Assembly (NCBI GenBank): GCA_046759805.1
Contig: JBHICX010000002.1
Location: 1-34,155, forward strand
DNA length: 34,155 nt
Reading direction: 5' to 3'
Origin: Kiloniellales bacterium
GTDB taxonomy: Bacteria > Pseudomonadota > Alphaproteobacteria > JBHICX01
Below are positions 1 through 9,749 of this stretch, piece by piece (the first letter of the stretch is position 1; each line of letters starts with the position of its first letter). Both the position numbers and the translations under genes were made by a program. A model generated the notes under the pieces. The model was not told where the DNA came from. It did no database searches and worked only from the letters and a program-made list of their open reading frames with translations.

Positions 1-1
1 C

Positions 2-475
2 TGTTCGGCGCTCGGCGCCGTCGGCTACGCTGACGGTCCGGGGCATGTGGAGGTGATGTTCGATGAAGCGGCGGGACCGGGCCTCATCGAAGCGGCGGGC
101 CGCGGCGCCGGGTTCATGGTGTTCGACGGCCTGGTGCCGGCCACCAGCGGCTACGACATCGCCACCCAGACGGCGCTCCAGGCGGTGGGCGTCGAGCCGT
201 CGCCGGTGCCCGAAGGGCGGCGGCCAGTGGTGCTCCGCTTCTTTCCCAACCAAGCGGGCCTGGTGCGCAGCTTCGACGGCTTCGACGTGGCCAACCGGAT
301 CGACGGGGTCGAGGCCGCATCCTTCGTCGAGATCGGCGAGCGCGTCGGCGTGGCGCAAACCGACGGCGACCGCCTAGGCTACGTGCTGACCAGCGCCGCC
401 ACGGTGGCCAAGAGCCAACGCCTAGCCGACGAAGCCGAGACCCTGATCCGCTTCCACATAGAGCCGCCGAGCTGA
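2..475 (+). CDS. ATP-grasp family ligase, C-terminal fragment (5' end lies outside the window)
   Basis: Frame 2 is open from base 2, with no stop before the first listed Met at 47. The translation (CSALGAVGYADGPGHVEVMFDE..IEAAGRGAGFMVFDGLVPATSGYD..) resembles the C-terminal lobe of ATP-grasp enzymes. Stop TGA at 473-475. Confidence 0.45.
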   Translation, partial: CSALGAVGYADGPGHVEVMFDEAAGPGLIEAAGRGAGFMVFDGLVPATSGYDIATQTALQAVGVEPSPVPEGRRPVVLRFFPNQAGLVRSFDGFDVANRIDGVEAASFVEIGERVGVAQTDGDRLGYVLTSAATVAKSQRLADEAETLIRFHIEPPS

Positions 476-511
476 CGCCCGAGCGGCCGCTCGGCCCAAG
501 CGGGTAGCGCG

Positions 512-1231
512 ATGGACCTCCGTCACGAGATCATAAGTCTCATACGCCACAACCGCATCTCGACGACGGAGGTGGCGGACGCGTTGGGGAAGGCCGGCGT
601 GCTGCCCGGCGTACACGCGATCACGCCCAACCAGCATCGGGTGGGAACGGTGCGCCCGGTGTTCACGGCCCACGACAGCAACTACGCGGTCCATGAACAG
701 GTGCGCGCGGTCGAGGAAGGCGACGTGGTGGTGGTGTTTAGCCACGGGTGCGAGGGCCGCGCCATACTCGGTGATCTGATCAGCAAGTACATTCTGCTTT
801 ACCGCGGTGCTGAGGCGCTGGTCGTTGACGGCCTGGTCCGCGACGCCGCCCGGCTTACCCGCGAGGGCTATCCGATCTGGGCCGCCGGTGTGAGCCCACT
901 GGGATGCTTCAACCGACCGGCCGATCCGTTCCCGCCCGAGCGTGAGCAAGAGCTGCGGCGGCGGCATGAGGGCGGCGTCGCGGTCTGCGATGGCGGCGGC
1001 GTGGTCATCATCCCGCCCGACCGGGTCGGCGCGGACATGCTGGAGCGGCTCGAGCGCATCGAGTTGCAGGAAGACGTCTGGTACTACTGCCTGGACACGC
1101 TCAAATGGGACACCAAGAGAATCGTCTGCGACAAGGCCTATTTGAGCGAACCCAACATCCTGCCGGAGGCGTTCGCCGAGCGGGTGGGCGAGCTCGCCAA
1201 GCCGTTCGACAAGAAACCGGACGATGACTGA
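512..1231 (+). CDS. RraA-like / 4-hydroxy-4-methyl-2-oxoglutarate aldolase-oxaloacetate decarboxylase family protein with a C-terminal extension
   Basis: 239 aa. GDVVVVFSHGCEGRAILGDLISKY..GAEALVVDGLVRDAARL..GYPIWAAGVSP matches the RraA-family core (..A.lG......G..G.VvDG.vRD......P.fa.g..P). About 70 extra C-terminal residues. Confidence 0.65.
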   Translation: MDLRHEIISLIRHNRISTTEVADALGKAGVLPGVHAITPNQHRVGTVRPVFTAHDSNYAVHEQVRAVEEGDVVVVFSHGCEGRAILGDLISKYILLYRGAEALVVDGLVRDAARLTREGYPIWAAGVSPLGCFNRPADPFPPEREQELRRRHEGGVAVCDGGGVVIIPPDRVGADMLERLERIELQEDVWYYCLDTLKWDTKRIVCDKAYLSEPNILPEAFAERVGELAKPFDKKPDDD

Positions 1232-2234
1232 TCCGGCGGCCCGGCAACCCGCTGCTCGCCTCGGCGAAGCCTCCGGCGAAGCCAGGGCCGGCGATACGCT
1301 GCTTGTGGCGCTCACTTTCGACCTCGACCCGGACTCGTTCGACAGCAGCATCGACACCCACCGCACGACCCACATGACTTGGCGCGGAATCGAGGAAGGC
1401 GTGCCGGCGATTCTCGACATCCTGGAGCGGGCCGGCGCCGAAGCCGGCCGGCGAGCGAAGGCCACCTGGTTCGTACGGGCCGACGACCATATCGCCGCGG
1501 TCTACGGCGACGGCGGCGCCCTGCTCGACAGGCACGAAAGCCTGCTTGGCAAGCTTTCGGCCGCCGGCGACGAGATCGGTTGGCACCCCAACCTGTACCG
1601 CCGTATCGGCGAGCGCTGGGAGCGCGAGACCGACGACGACGCGCTGGCCGCACAGATGCGCCGCGGTGCCAAAGCCATGCGGGCGCGCGGATGGCGGCCG
1701 CAATGTTCGCGCATCGGCGAGAACATGGGATCGAACCGGATCATGCAGACGCTGGAGGACCTCGGGTTCCGGTACGACTCGACGGCGATGCCCGGGCGCA
1801 GCCGTGACGACGGCGAACGCCGGTTCGATTGGCGTGACACGCCCGAGACACCCTATCGGCCGGGCCGCGCCGATTACCGTCGGCCTGGTGAGCCGGCGCT
1901 CAACCTCACCGAGGTTCCGATGACCATGGTCCCGGTGATCGCCGATTACGACGTCGCGCCGATCAGTCGCTACGTCGATCTGGCGTTCCATCCCCGGGCG
2001 CTGCGGGCGGGCCTTGGGGCGTGCCTCGACCAGGCCCGGCTGTTGATTACGGTGAGCCATCCGAGCTGCGTGCTGCCCGGCATATCGAACCGGCCTCACG
2101 GCCTTCTATCGTTCGATATCAATGCGTTTTATGAGAATCTTCAACTGATAATAGAGGAATGTGACCGCTTGGCGCGACCCCTACGCTTCGTCACCCTGTC
2201 GGAAGGTGCGGCCCTCTTCGCCGCCATGGGATGA
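1224..2234 (+). CDS. polysaccharide deacetylase-like (CE4-like) protein, divergent
   Basis: 336 aa. LVALTFDLDPDS and GDEIGWHPNLY resemble CE4 motifs 1 and 2 (TFDD / H-x-x-x-H region). The start ATG overlaps the upstream stop by 8 nt. Confidence 0.45.
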   Translation: MTDPAARQPAARLGEASGEARAGDTLLVALTFDLDPDSFDSSIDTHRTTHMTWRGIEEGVPAILDILERAGAEAGRRAKATWFVRADDHIAAVYGDGGALLDRHESLLGKLSAAGDEIGWHPNLYRRIGERWERETDDDALAAQMRRGAKAMRARGWRPQCSRIGENMGSNRIMQTLEDLGFRYDSTAMPGRSRDDGERRFDWRDTPETPYRPGRADYRRPGEPALNLTEVPMTMVPVIADYDVAPISRYVDLAFHPRALRAGLGACLDQARLLITVSHPSCVLPGISNRPHGLLSFDINAFYENLQLIIEECDRLARPLRFVTLSEGAALFAAMG

Positions 2235-3397
2235 CCCGGGTGAGCCCCACCGTCCGAGCACTCGCGCAGCGCATCGCCGAGCTTCATGGCCGGCGCCATT
2301 GCATCCTTACCGGCCGCGCCACCAGCGCGCTCACCCTCGCCTTCCGCGCCCTTTCGGCGGAGGGTGGGAGGATCGTGTTTCCGGCGATCCTCTGCCCGCA
2401 GCCGGCGAACGCCGCCCTCTACGCCGGTTTCGAGCCTTTGTTCTGCGACGTCTCGGCCGCGGACGCCAACCTCGATCCGGGGGCACTGCGCCGCTTGCTG
2501 TCAGAGGAGAACGACGTCGTCGCCGTCGTCTTCGCGCATCTCTATGGCGAGGCAGCGGACATGAAGCACCTCGCCGAAGTGTGTCAGGACTTTGGAGTGG
2601 TCCCGATCGAGGACGCGGCGCAAGCCATGGGGGCTTCGCTCGACGGCAGGCCGCTTGGCTCCTTCGGCGAGATGTCGGTGCTCTCTTTCGGCCGCACCAA
2701 GGTGCTGGACGTGGGTGACGGCGGCGCGGTGATGACCGAGGACGACCGGCTTGCCGAGAAGCTTGCCGACGCGGCGGCGAAGCTGCCGCCGCGCCCAGCG
2801 GGCATGGCCGGGCTCCAGGCGGAGTACCGCGCCCTCTACTACCGGCTCAAGGCGATGGCCGACGAGAACCCTCGGCTTAATCGACTCTTCCTCCCCCTGC
2901 CGGAGATGTACCGCAACCTCTATCTCTACCAGTTCGATCCCGCCCGGGCCGACGCGTTGTCGCGAGGGCTCGACCGGCTCGACGAGGAGGTCGCGCTGCG
3001 CCGCCGCAAGGCGGCGATCTATGCCGAACGGCTCGACCAATCGAACGTACGGCTGCTGAAGCGACAACCTGGCGGCGTGCCCTGGCGGTTCAACCTGCTG
3101 CTGCCGCCTGAACGCCAGACCGAGATCACGGAGGGCCTGCGACGGGCCGGATTCGACGCCAGCAACTGGTATCCCGCGCTGCCCAAATGGTACGCGACCG
3201 GGCGCGAGCAGGATCTCGGCCTGTTCGAGAATGCGCACCAGATCGAACGCGGCGTGCTCAACCTGTGGCTGGACGCCGCGACAGACGAAGTACGCATTCG
3301 GGCCTGTTGTGCCGCGCTATGCGAGAGCCTCGAGCGATCGCGGAATAGCGTGAACGGCAAACCAGCGGTTGCTCTCGCAGGCGAGGCCGGCCGATGA
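2231..3397 (+). CDS. DegT/DnrJ/EryC1/StrS-family PLP-dependent sugar aminotransferase
   Basis: 388 aa. ..ILTGRATSALTLAFRAL.., IEDAAQAMGA, and SFGRTKVLDVGDGGAV with the putative PLP lysine. ATGA overlap with the upstream gene. Confidence 0.85.
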   Translation: MTRVSPTVRALAQRIAELHGRRHCILTGRATSALTLAFRALSAEGGRIVFPAILCPQPANAALYAGFEPLFCDVSAADANLDPGALRRLLSEENDVVAVVFAHLYGEAADMKHLAEVCQDFGVVPIEDAAQAMGASLDGRPLGSFGEMSVLSFGRTKVLDVGDGGAVMTEDDRLAEKLADAAAKLPPRPAGMAGLQAEYRALYYRLKAMADENPRLNRLFLPLPEMYRNLYLYQFDPARADALSRGLDRLDEEVALRRRKAAIYAERLDQSNVRLLKRQPGGVPWRFNLLLPPERQTEITEGLRRAGFDASNWYPALPKWYATGREQDLGLFENAHQIERGVLNLWLDAATDEVRIRACCAALCESLERSRNSVNGKPAVALAGEAGR

Positions 3398-4383
3398 AGC
3401 GAACCTGCAGGCTCTGCTCCGGTCGGGAATTCACCCGGCTGCTGACCGTTGAGAACGCAAACTTCACCTCCAGGGTTCGGCGGTTCGACATTGTCCGCTG
3501 CACCACCTGCGGGCTTGCGATGATGGACCCGTTCCCAACCGCGGCCGATGTCGAGGAGCTCTACCGTCGCGACAACACCTTTTCACAGCCTTACGAAAAC
3601 CCCTATCGAAGGAACCTCCTGTTTCCGATCCTCGAGCCGATCTACCGCCATTACGGTGACGGCAGGCACTTCATCGTGCGGAACTGCATGCGCCATGCGC
3701 CGAGGCACCGGCCGGTCAAGATACTCGATATTGGCTGCAGCACCGGTTCGCTCCTGCAGGGGTTCCGCGACATGGCGAAGCGGGTGGACCCGACCGGGAT
3801 CGACATCGACCCGATGGCGCGGGCGAATGCGCCGGTGCATCTCAGAGACGCGATCGTCATCGGCGACGTGCTGAGCGAACCGCTGGACGGGCCATATGAC
3901 GTCATCACCATGGAGATGGTGATCGAACACCTGCTTGACCCGGTGGCCTACATCCGCCGCTGCCATGAGCTGCTGCGCCCCGGCGGCGTGCTGATGCTCT
4001 CTACCCCCGATATCGATTCCGTACCGGCGCGTAAGCAGGGGGCGAACTGGTGGCTGGTCAACCGCCCAAGCATGCCCGTCGGGCACGTTGTTTGGTTCAA
4101 CCGTCGCGCCATGGAGTACACGGCGCGGGCATACGGCTTTCGCGTGGCTCGGATCAAGAATCGTGGGAACCTGGTGCCCTACCTGCCGGACTGGCTGCGC
4201 CGGACACTCGAGCGCCTGTTGGGCTTCGATGCGATCAGCGGTCGCTTTATCCGATGGTACCCGGTGCGCATTCTGTGGGCGCTGATAGTGACCGGGTGGC
4301 TATCGGGATTCCTCAGCAAGGGCGAGTACGTCTACGCCTTCCTGGTCAAGGAGTCTGACGAACGGCAGGCGCAGGCGGCATGA
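3394..4383 (+). CDS. class I SAM-dependent methyltransferase with N-terminal Cys4 zinc-ribbon
   Basis: 329 aa. CRLCSG..(x)..CTTCGL zinc ribbon. SAM motif I ILDIGCSTGSLL. VITMEMVIEHLLDP and LRPGGVLMLSTPDIDS. ATGA overlaps at both ends. Confidence 0.8.
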   Translation: MKRTCRLCSGREFTRLLTVENANFTSRVRRFDIVRCTTCGLAMMDPFPTAADVEELYRRDNTFSQPYENPYRRNLLFPILEPIYRHYGDGRHFIVRNCMRHAPRHRPVKILDIGCSTGSLLQGFRDMAKRVDPTGIDIDPMARANAPVHLRDAIVIGDVLSEPLDGPYDVITMEMVIEHLLDPVAYIRRCHELLRPGGVLMLSTPDIDSVPARKQGANWWLVNRPSMPVGHVVWFNRRAMEYTARAYGFRVARIKNRGNLVPYLPDWLRRTLERLLGFDAISGRFIRWYPVRILWALIVTGWLSGFLSKGEYVYAFLVKESDERQAQAA

Positions 4384-5093
4384 ACCTTGCTGTCATTCCC
4401 GCCCGTAGCGGCTCGACCCGGATCAAGGACAAGAACGTCACCGACCTGTGCGGCAAGCCGCTGATCGCCTATCCGCTGCAAGCCGCGCGGGACTCGGGCC
4501 TGTTCGATACCATCCACGTTTCCACCGATTCGGACCGCTACGCGGAGATCGTCCGGGGTCTGGGCTTCGAGGTGGAGTTCCTGCGCGACCCGGCGCTCGC
4601 CGGAAACCAGGTCGGCATGATCGACGTGCTGCGCTGGGTGGTGGGTGCGTACGCCAAGCGCGGCCGCGGGTTCGACGACGTTTGCATGATCATGGCCACA
4701 GCGCCCCTGATCGAGGCCGAAGACCTCAAGCGCGGATACGCGCTGTTCGTCGAGCACGAAAGGCACGTCCCCGTCCTCGCCGTGGCTCCGTTTGCCGCCG
4801 CGATCGAACGGGGCTTTCGGATCGGCGAGTCAGGCGTGCTCGATCCGATGTTCCCCGAGAAGCGCGCCCTTCATTCGCAGGACCTTACCCCGGCTTACCA
4901 CGACGCCGGCGCCTTCTTCTTCATCGACGCCGGGCGGCTGATGGCGGATACGGTCGAGGTCTACAACCAGATGCTGCCGCTCGTCCTGCCGCGCCACAAG
5001 GCGGTCGACATCGACGAGCCGGAGGACTTGGAGACGGCGGAGATTCTGTTCCGCGGGCGGGCGGCACTGAGAGAATCGACCGAAGCGGTATGA
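4380..5093 (+). CDS. acylneuraminate (NeuA/PseF/LegF-type) cytidylyltransferase family protein
   Basis: 237 aa. N-terminal LAVIPARSGSTRIKDKNV is the CMP-sugar synthetase (CTP_transf_3) signature. The length is typical of the PseF type. Confidence 0.85.
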   Translation: MNLAVIPARSGSTRIKDKNVTDLCGKPLIAYPLQAARDSGLFDTIHVSTDSDRYAEIVRGLGFEVEFLRDPALAGNQVGMIDVLRWVVGAYAKRGRGFDDVCMIMATAPLIEAEDLKRGYALFVEHERHVPVLAVAPFAAAIERGFRIGESGVLDPMFPEKRALHSQDLTPAYHDAGAFFFIDAGRLMADTVEVYNQMLPLVLPRHKAVDIDEPEDLETAEILFRGRAALRESTEAV

Positions 5094-6073
5094 CACCGCC
5101 CAAACCCCTCAATGCACTCGTCATCGGCTGCGGCCGAATCGCGGGCAGCGGCGCGCCGACCTCGGCCGATGCCGAGGCGCCCACCCATGCCGATGCCTAC
5201 GACCGGCACCCATCGTTCCGCATGACCACCTGCATCGAGCCGGACGAGCGGCGCCGGCTTGCCTTCATGCGCCGCTGGCAGGTGCCAGAAGGCTTCGCCG
5301 ACCTCGACGCCTGCATCGCGGCGCAGGTCCCGTTCGACGTGGCCAGCGTGTGCGCGCCGACGCCGGCGCACGCGGCGATCCTGTGGCGGCTGCTGGAGAC
5401 CCCGGTGCGCGCCGTGTTGTGCGAGAAGCCATTAACCGACGACGCGGGGGAGTCGGCGCGGCTGGTGGACGCCTACCGCGCCGCCGGGAAGCCGTTGGCG
5501 GTCGCCTATCTGCGCCGTTGGAACCCGGCGATGGCGGAGCTCAAGCGCGAACTCGAAAACGGGGACTGGGGGGCCTTGCGGACGGCGACCGGTCTCTACA
5601 CCAGAGGGCTGCTCGTAAACGGCTCGCACCTTGTCGACCTGATCCGCTACCTGTTCGGCCCTCTCGCCCTCAAGGCGGTGACCGGCAAGCGGATCGACAG
5701 CGAGGCGCAGGATCCCACCGTCGATGCGGTGCTGGCCCTCGACGGCGGCGTGCCGGTTCACCTCATCGCCGCCGACTCCCGTGACTATGCCCTGTTCGAG
5801 TTGCATTTGATCACCGAGCGGGGTGCTATCGGCATCGAGCGATCCGGCCACGGCGTGCGCCGGCGACGCATCGACGAACCTTTCCATCCCCACCACAAAC
5901 TCCTCGACCGCGGGGAATGGGAAGAATGCAGCCACGGCGATCCGTACTTCCGCGCTCTCGGCAATCTTCTCCAGGCACTGGAGAACGGCGAGGCGCTGGC
6001 AAGCGACGGTGAGAGCGCGCTGGAAGCCCAGCGGCTGTGCGAGGAGATGATCGACAAGGCCAAGGACCTTTAA
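5090..6073 (+). CDS. Gfo/Idh/MocA-family NAD(P)-dependent oxidoreductase
   Basis: The track ORF 4448..6073 is a high-GC 5' extension. The plausible start is ATG 5090 (ATGA overlap with the upstream stop), giving MTPPKPLNALVIGCGRIAG (Rossmann GxGxxG) and the CEKPL (EKP) motif. 327 aa. Confidence 0.8.
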   Translation: MTPPKPLNALVIGCGRIAGSGAPTSADAEAPTHADAYDRHPSFRMTTCIEPDERRRLAFMRRWQVPEGFADLDACIAAQVPFDVASVCAPTPAHAAILWRLLETPVRAVLCEKPLTDDAGESARLVDAYRAAGKPLAVAYLRRWNPAMAELKRELENGDWGALRTATGLYTRGLLVNGSHLVDLIRYLFGPLALKAVTGKRIDSEAQDPTVDAVLALDGGVPVHLIAADSRDYALFELHLITERGAIGIERSGHGVRRRRIDEPFHPHHKLLDRGEWEECSHGDPYFRALGNLLQALENGEALASDGESALEAQRLCEEMIDKAKDL

Positions 6074-6084
6074 CCGGGGTTTCC

Positions 6085-7389
6085 ATGCCGATGCGTCCCG
6101 CACGAGTGAGGAACGAGCTGGCGATACTGGGCGGCGAGCCGGAGATCTCCGAGCCGCTGGCGCCCTTCAACAGGATCGGCGAGGAAGAGCGGGCCGCCGC
6201 GGAACGGGTCCTCGAGGGCGGCGTGCTTTCCGGATTCATCGGCGAGCCGGGTGTCGAGTTCGACGGCGGACCGGAGTTGCTGGCCCTGGAGGAAGCCTGG
6301 CGCCGGACCTTCGGCGTCCGGCACGCCGTCACCGTCAACTCCGCCACCTCGGGGCTCACCGCGGCCATGGGCGCGGCGCGCGTCGGCCCCGGGGACGAGG
6401 TGATCCTGCCCCCCTACACCATGTCGGCCACGGCGATGGCGCCGCTCATCTATGGCGGCATCCCGGTGTTTGCCGACATCGAGCCGGAGACCTTCACCAT
6501 CGACCCCGAGCGGGTGCGCCAGGCGATCACCGACAAGACCCGCGCCATCCTCGCCGTCAACCTGTTCGGGCATCCCGCACGGCTCGGCGAGCTGCGCGCC
6601 ATCGCCGACGAGAACGGACTGGTTCTGGTCGAGGACAACGCCCAGGCGCCGCTCGCCACCGAGCACGGGCGCTACGCCGGCACGGTCGGCCATATCGGGG
6701 TGTTCAGCCTCAACCGCCACAAGCACATCCAGACCGGCGAAGGCGGCGTCGTGGTCAGCGACGACGACGATCTGGCGCTGCGCCTCAAGCTCATCCGCAA
6801 CCACGGCGAGAACCTGATCGAGGCGTTCGGGGTCGCAGACCTCACCAACCTCGTCGGCTTCAACTACCGCCTGACCGAAGTTGCCGCGGCGATCGGCCGC
6901 GCCCAGCTCAATAAGGCGGAGGAAATCATCGGCGAGCGAATCGGCTATGCGACGCGGCTCAGCGAGGGGCTTTGCGACCTTCCCGGCCTCACCCCGCCGG
7001 TGGTGCGTGAGCGCTGCCGTCACGTCTACTACGTGTGGCCGGCGCGTTACGATGCCCAGGTCGTCGGCGCCTCGCGCGATGCGTTTGCCCGCGCGCTTGC
7101 CGCCGAGGGGGTTCCGATCAATCAGGGCTACGTGAAGCCGCTGCACCTGCTACCCGTGTTCCAGCGGCGCATCGCCATCGGCCGCCAGGGGTTTCCCTTG
7201 AGCCTCACCAACCGGACCTACGCGCAAGGCCTGTGCCCGATCGCCGAACGCATGCACGAGAAGGAGGAGCTCGGCTTCGGCATCTGCGTGTTCGAGCTGT
7301 CGGAGGCGATCGTCGAGAAGCTGATCTCCGCCTTCCGCAAGGTCTATGACAACCGCGACCGGCTCGCCGGCCTCGACGACGCGGCCTAG
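6085..7389 (+). CDS. DegT/DnrJ/EryC1/StrS-family PLP-dependent sugar aminotransferase (second copy)
   Basis: Start taken at ATG 6085 (MPMRPARVRNELAILGG..). VNSATSGLTAAM, VEDNAQAP, and FSLNRHKHIQTGEGG with the putative PLP lysine. 434 aa. Confidence 0.85.
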   Translation: MPMRPARVRNELAILGGEPEISEPLAPFNRIGEEERAAAERVLEGGVLSGFIGEPGVEFDGGPELLALEEAWRRTFGVRHAVTVNSATSGLTAAMGAARVGPGDEVILPPYTMSATAMAPLIYGGIPVFADIEPETFTIDPERVRQAITDKTRAILAVNLFGHPARLGELRAIADENGLVLVEDNAQAPLATEHGRYAGTVGHIGVFSLNRHKHIQTGEGGVVVSDDDDLALRLKLIRNHGENLIEAFGVADLTNLVGFNYRLTEVAAAIGRAQLNKAEEIIGERIGYATRLSEGLCDLPGLTPPVVRERCRHVYYVWPARYDAQVVGASRDAFARALAAEGVPINQGYVKPLHLLPVFQRRIAIGRQGFPLSLTNRTYAQGLCPIAERMHEKEELGFGICVFELSEAIVEKLISAFRKVYDNRDRLAGLDDAA

Positions 7390-7392
7390 GCG

Positions 7393-8433
7393 ATGGCGCG
7401 GATCCTGTTCGCGGCACATGATTCCGGCGGCGCCAACCTGTTGCAGCCAGTGGCGGAAGCCTGCGAGGCCGCGGGGCATGAGGTCCGCCGCATCGCCCAC
7501 GGACCGGCGCGCGCGCTGTGGGGCGGCAGGTCGCGCACCGTCCGTGCCGAGATGCGCGCCTTTGGGCCCGATTTGGCGGTGACCGGCACCAGCAAGGAAG
7601 CGGGCTTCGAGCAAAGGCTTTGGCGCGTCGCACGGAATCACGGTGTCGGCACGATCGCCGCCATCGACGCTTGGATGAACCTGCGCGACCGGTTCGTCCG
7701 ATCGCAAGACGGGATCCAACCGGATGCGCTGCTGGTCATCGACCAGGGGATGAAGCAGGAGATCGCGGGCGCCGGCTGGTGCCGCGCCAGGCTCTATGTC
7801 GGCGGCCAGCCCTATCTGGAGCGCCAGGCAATCCGCCTCCGCCGGCGCCGGGCCGCCCTGCGGCCCAAAGCCTTCGGGCGACGGGCCGATCGCAGGCTGA
7901 ATTCGCCGCGCGTCGTGGTCTTCTTCTCCGAGCCGCTCGCCGGAACCGCCGCCGCCGGGCGCGTCGGCTACGACCAGTTTCTGGTCGCTGGCCTGATCGC
8001 CGACCGACTGCCCTTACTTGCTTCCGCATGCTTCATTATCCAGCCGCATCCAAAGGAAAAGGCGGGTCCTTGGCACGACTGGCTGGTCGATCATTCGGTC
8101 CCGCCGAGCCTCGAGGCGCGGGTGAGTGACCGCACAACGGAAGATCTGCTCGTCGCCGCCGACGCGGTCACCAGCATGGCCTCGATGGTGGTCATCGAGG
8201 CGGCGGTCGCCGGCATCCCAGCGCTCGCCGTGCAGCCGCGGCGCAACTACTGCCCCAACCCGGCCATCGATTCCATGCCGGAGATCCGGCTGGTGACCGA
8301 TCCGGTCGAGCTCGTGGACGCCCTCGCTGAGGCCTTGGCGACGGACCCCCCCATGGGCGCGACGGAACGCTTCGCCGGCTCCACCGAAGCCTGCCTCCGC
8401 GCCATCGAGACCGAACTCAGGACCAGCGTGTGA
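7393..8433 (+). CDS. GT-B-fold protein (MurG/PseG/2-epimerase-like); specific function unresolved
   Basis: 346 aa. N-terminal RILFAAHDSGGANLLQPVAEACEAAGHEV and C-terminal AVTSMASMVVIEAAVAGIPALAV follow the two-Rossmann GT-B pattern. No family-specific motif recognised. Confidence 0.4.
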   Translation: MARILFAAHDSGGANLLQPVAEACEAAGHEVRRIAHGPARALWGGRSRTVRAEMRAFGPDLAVTGTSKEAGFEQRLWRVARNHGVGTIAAIDAWMNLRDRFVRSQDGIQPDALLVIDQGMKQEIAGAGWCRARLYVGGQPYLERQAIRLRRRRAALRPKAFGRRADRRLNSPRVVVFFSEPLAGTAAAGRVGYDQFLVAGLIADRLPLLASACFIIQPHPKEKAGPWHDWLVDHSVPPSLEARVSDRTTEDLLVAADAVTSMASMVVIEAAVAGIPALAVQPRRNYCPNPAIDSMPEIRLVTDPVELVDALAEALATDPPMGATERFAGSTEACLRAIETELRTSV

Positions 8434-9749
8434 TGGCCCGCACTCGGGCCTTCGCCGCGCCGAAGCGGCTCCGGCCGCGCAGGCGGGTGGTTATCCGCGC
8501 CTTCACGCTACGCCGCGACGCCGCCTCGGCGCTGTTGCTTGCTCGATTTCTCAAGGCGCATGGTTGCCGCGTGATCGTCGCCTCGGGCCGCGACTTCCTG
8601 CGCACGATCCGGCACTGGAGACCGGACGCCGTAGTGGTCAACACGGTGGGCCAGATCGACCGGGTGGCAAAGGAGGCGCCTTACGCCGCCATCGTCCTGT
8701 GGTCGGGCGAGGGCGCGCAGGCCATCGAGAGCAGCGATCCGACGGTGCTCACCTCGATGCCTGGCGCCTACGATCGTCTGGACCTGGTGCTGTTGTGGGG
8801 TCGGGCGACGGGGGCGTTCTACCGCCAGCTGTTTCCCCATTCGAACCACGACAAGCTGGATCTGTGCGGCAACCCCAGGCTGGACCTGGCGAAGTTCAAC
8901 CCGGAACTGATGGACGTGCCGCCCGAGCGTAAGACCGTCGGCTTCATCGGCCGTTACCACACCATCAACCGCTACAACCGGATTCCGACGATCTTCTCGA
9001 TGCAGCGGCCGGAAAAGCGCGACGGTGTGATCTGGCAGGTCGAGACCTTCATCTGCATGATCCGGCTGATCCACCGCATCCTGGAGGAGACCGATCTCCG
9101 CATCTCCATCCGGCCGCACCCGCTGGAGGCGCCGGAAGGCTATGACTTCATGGAAGAAGGTGCGTTCGCGGGGCGGGTCGAGATCGACGACTCACTCGAC
9201 CTCGCCCAGTGGACGGCGCGCCAACGGGTGATCGTGGCACCGTCGTCGCAGAGCTTCTACGAGTCCTACGTGCTCGGCGTTCCGGTCATCAACACCGACG
9301 GGCTGACCGGCGATACGGAGTGGATTCGCAAGGTCACGCCCCATTCCTCGCTCTCCCAGCTGGTGAGCCACAACCCGGCAACCGACGACGAAGCGATCGA
9401 GCTCATCAAAGACGCCCCGAAGGCGCCGCGCGGCAACCCGACGGTCGATCGGCATCTGGATGAGTTCCACGATTGGTTCTCGCCGCACTCGGCGGCGAAG
9501 CGCGGCGCCGATGCGATCATCGCCCTGCTTGGGGGACGCGAACGGGTGAACGGCGTTCGGCTGCCCGCCGGCGTTCTCGACCTGTGGGATCGCGCGTCCT
9601 TCGCGCGGGCGCGGCTCTACGAGCCCCTGCATCCAAACTTCAACTATCACAAGCACTTCCACCCAACGCCCGCCTATTTCGACCGGATCGTCGACAACAT
9701 CCTCGCCGGCCGGTCGATTCTGCCGCGGCCGAGGCTTGCGGCCCAATGA
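8433..9749 (+). CDS. conserved hypothetical surface-carbohydrate biosynthesis protein (possibly capsule-synthesis/GT-B-like)
   Basis: About 438 aa with normal amino-acid composition. ATG 8433 overlaps the upstream TGA by 1 nt (alternative GTG at 8430). VGFIGRYH..., IRPHPLE and VIVAPSSQSFYESYVLGVPVIN resemble capsule/teichoic-type transferases. Function not established. Confidence 0.4.
   Translation: MARTRAFAAPKRLRPRRRVVIRAFTLRRDAASALLLARFLKAHGCRVIVASGRDFLRTIRHWRPDAVVVNTVGQIDRVAKEAPYAAIVLWSGEGAQAIESSDPTVLTSMPGAYDRLDLVLLWGRATGAFYRQLFPHSNHDKLDLCGNPRLDLAKFNPELMDVPPERKTVGFIGRYHTINRYNRIPTIFSMQRPEKRDGVIWQVETFICMIRLIHRILEETDLRISIRPHPLEAPEGYDFMEEGAFAGRVEIDDSLDLAQWTARQRVIVAPSSQSFYESYVLGVPVINTDGLTGDTEWIRKVTPHSSLSQLVSHNPATDDEAIELIKDAPKAPRGNPTVDRHLDEFHDWFSPHSAAKRGADAIIALLGGRERVNGVRLPAGVLDLWDRASFARARLYEPLHPNFNYHKHFHPTPAYFDRIVDNILAGRSILPRPRLAAQ

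Noticed and set aside
2101-2160. Locally AT-rich patch (..ttcgatatcaatgcgttttatgagaatcttcaactgataatagagg..) about 80 nt upstream of the DegT gene start, considered as an internal promoter
   Set aside because: It lies inside the deacetylase-like ORF and translates sensibly (LLSFDINAFYENLQLIIEE). A gataat -10-like hexamer is present, but there is no acceptable -35 at 16-18 bp spacing, so the evidence is insufficient.
4448-5089. 5' extensions of track ORFs: 4448..5089, 9473..9745, 9736..10254, 15639..15893, 29177..30004, 23650..23832 (-) and 24453..24545 (-)
   Set aside because: The extensions overlap upstream genes in other frames and are Arg/Pro-rich. Conserved N-terminal motifs begin at internal start codons that sit at stop/start overlaps or behind an RBS, for example GGAGG before 15894.
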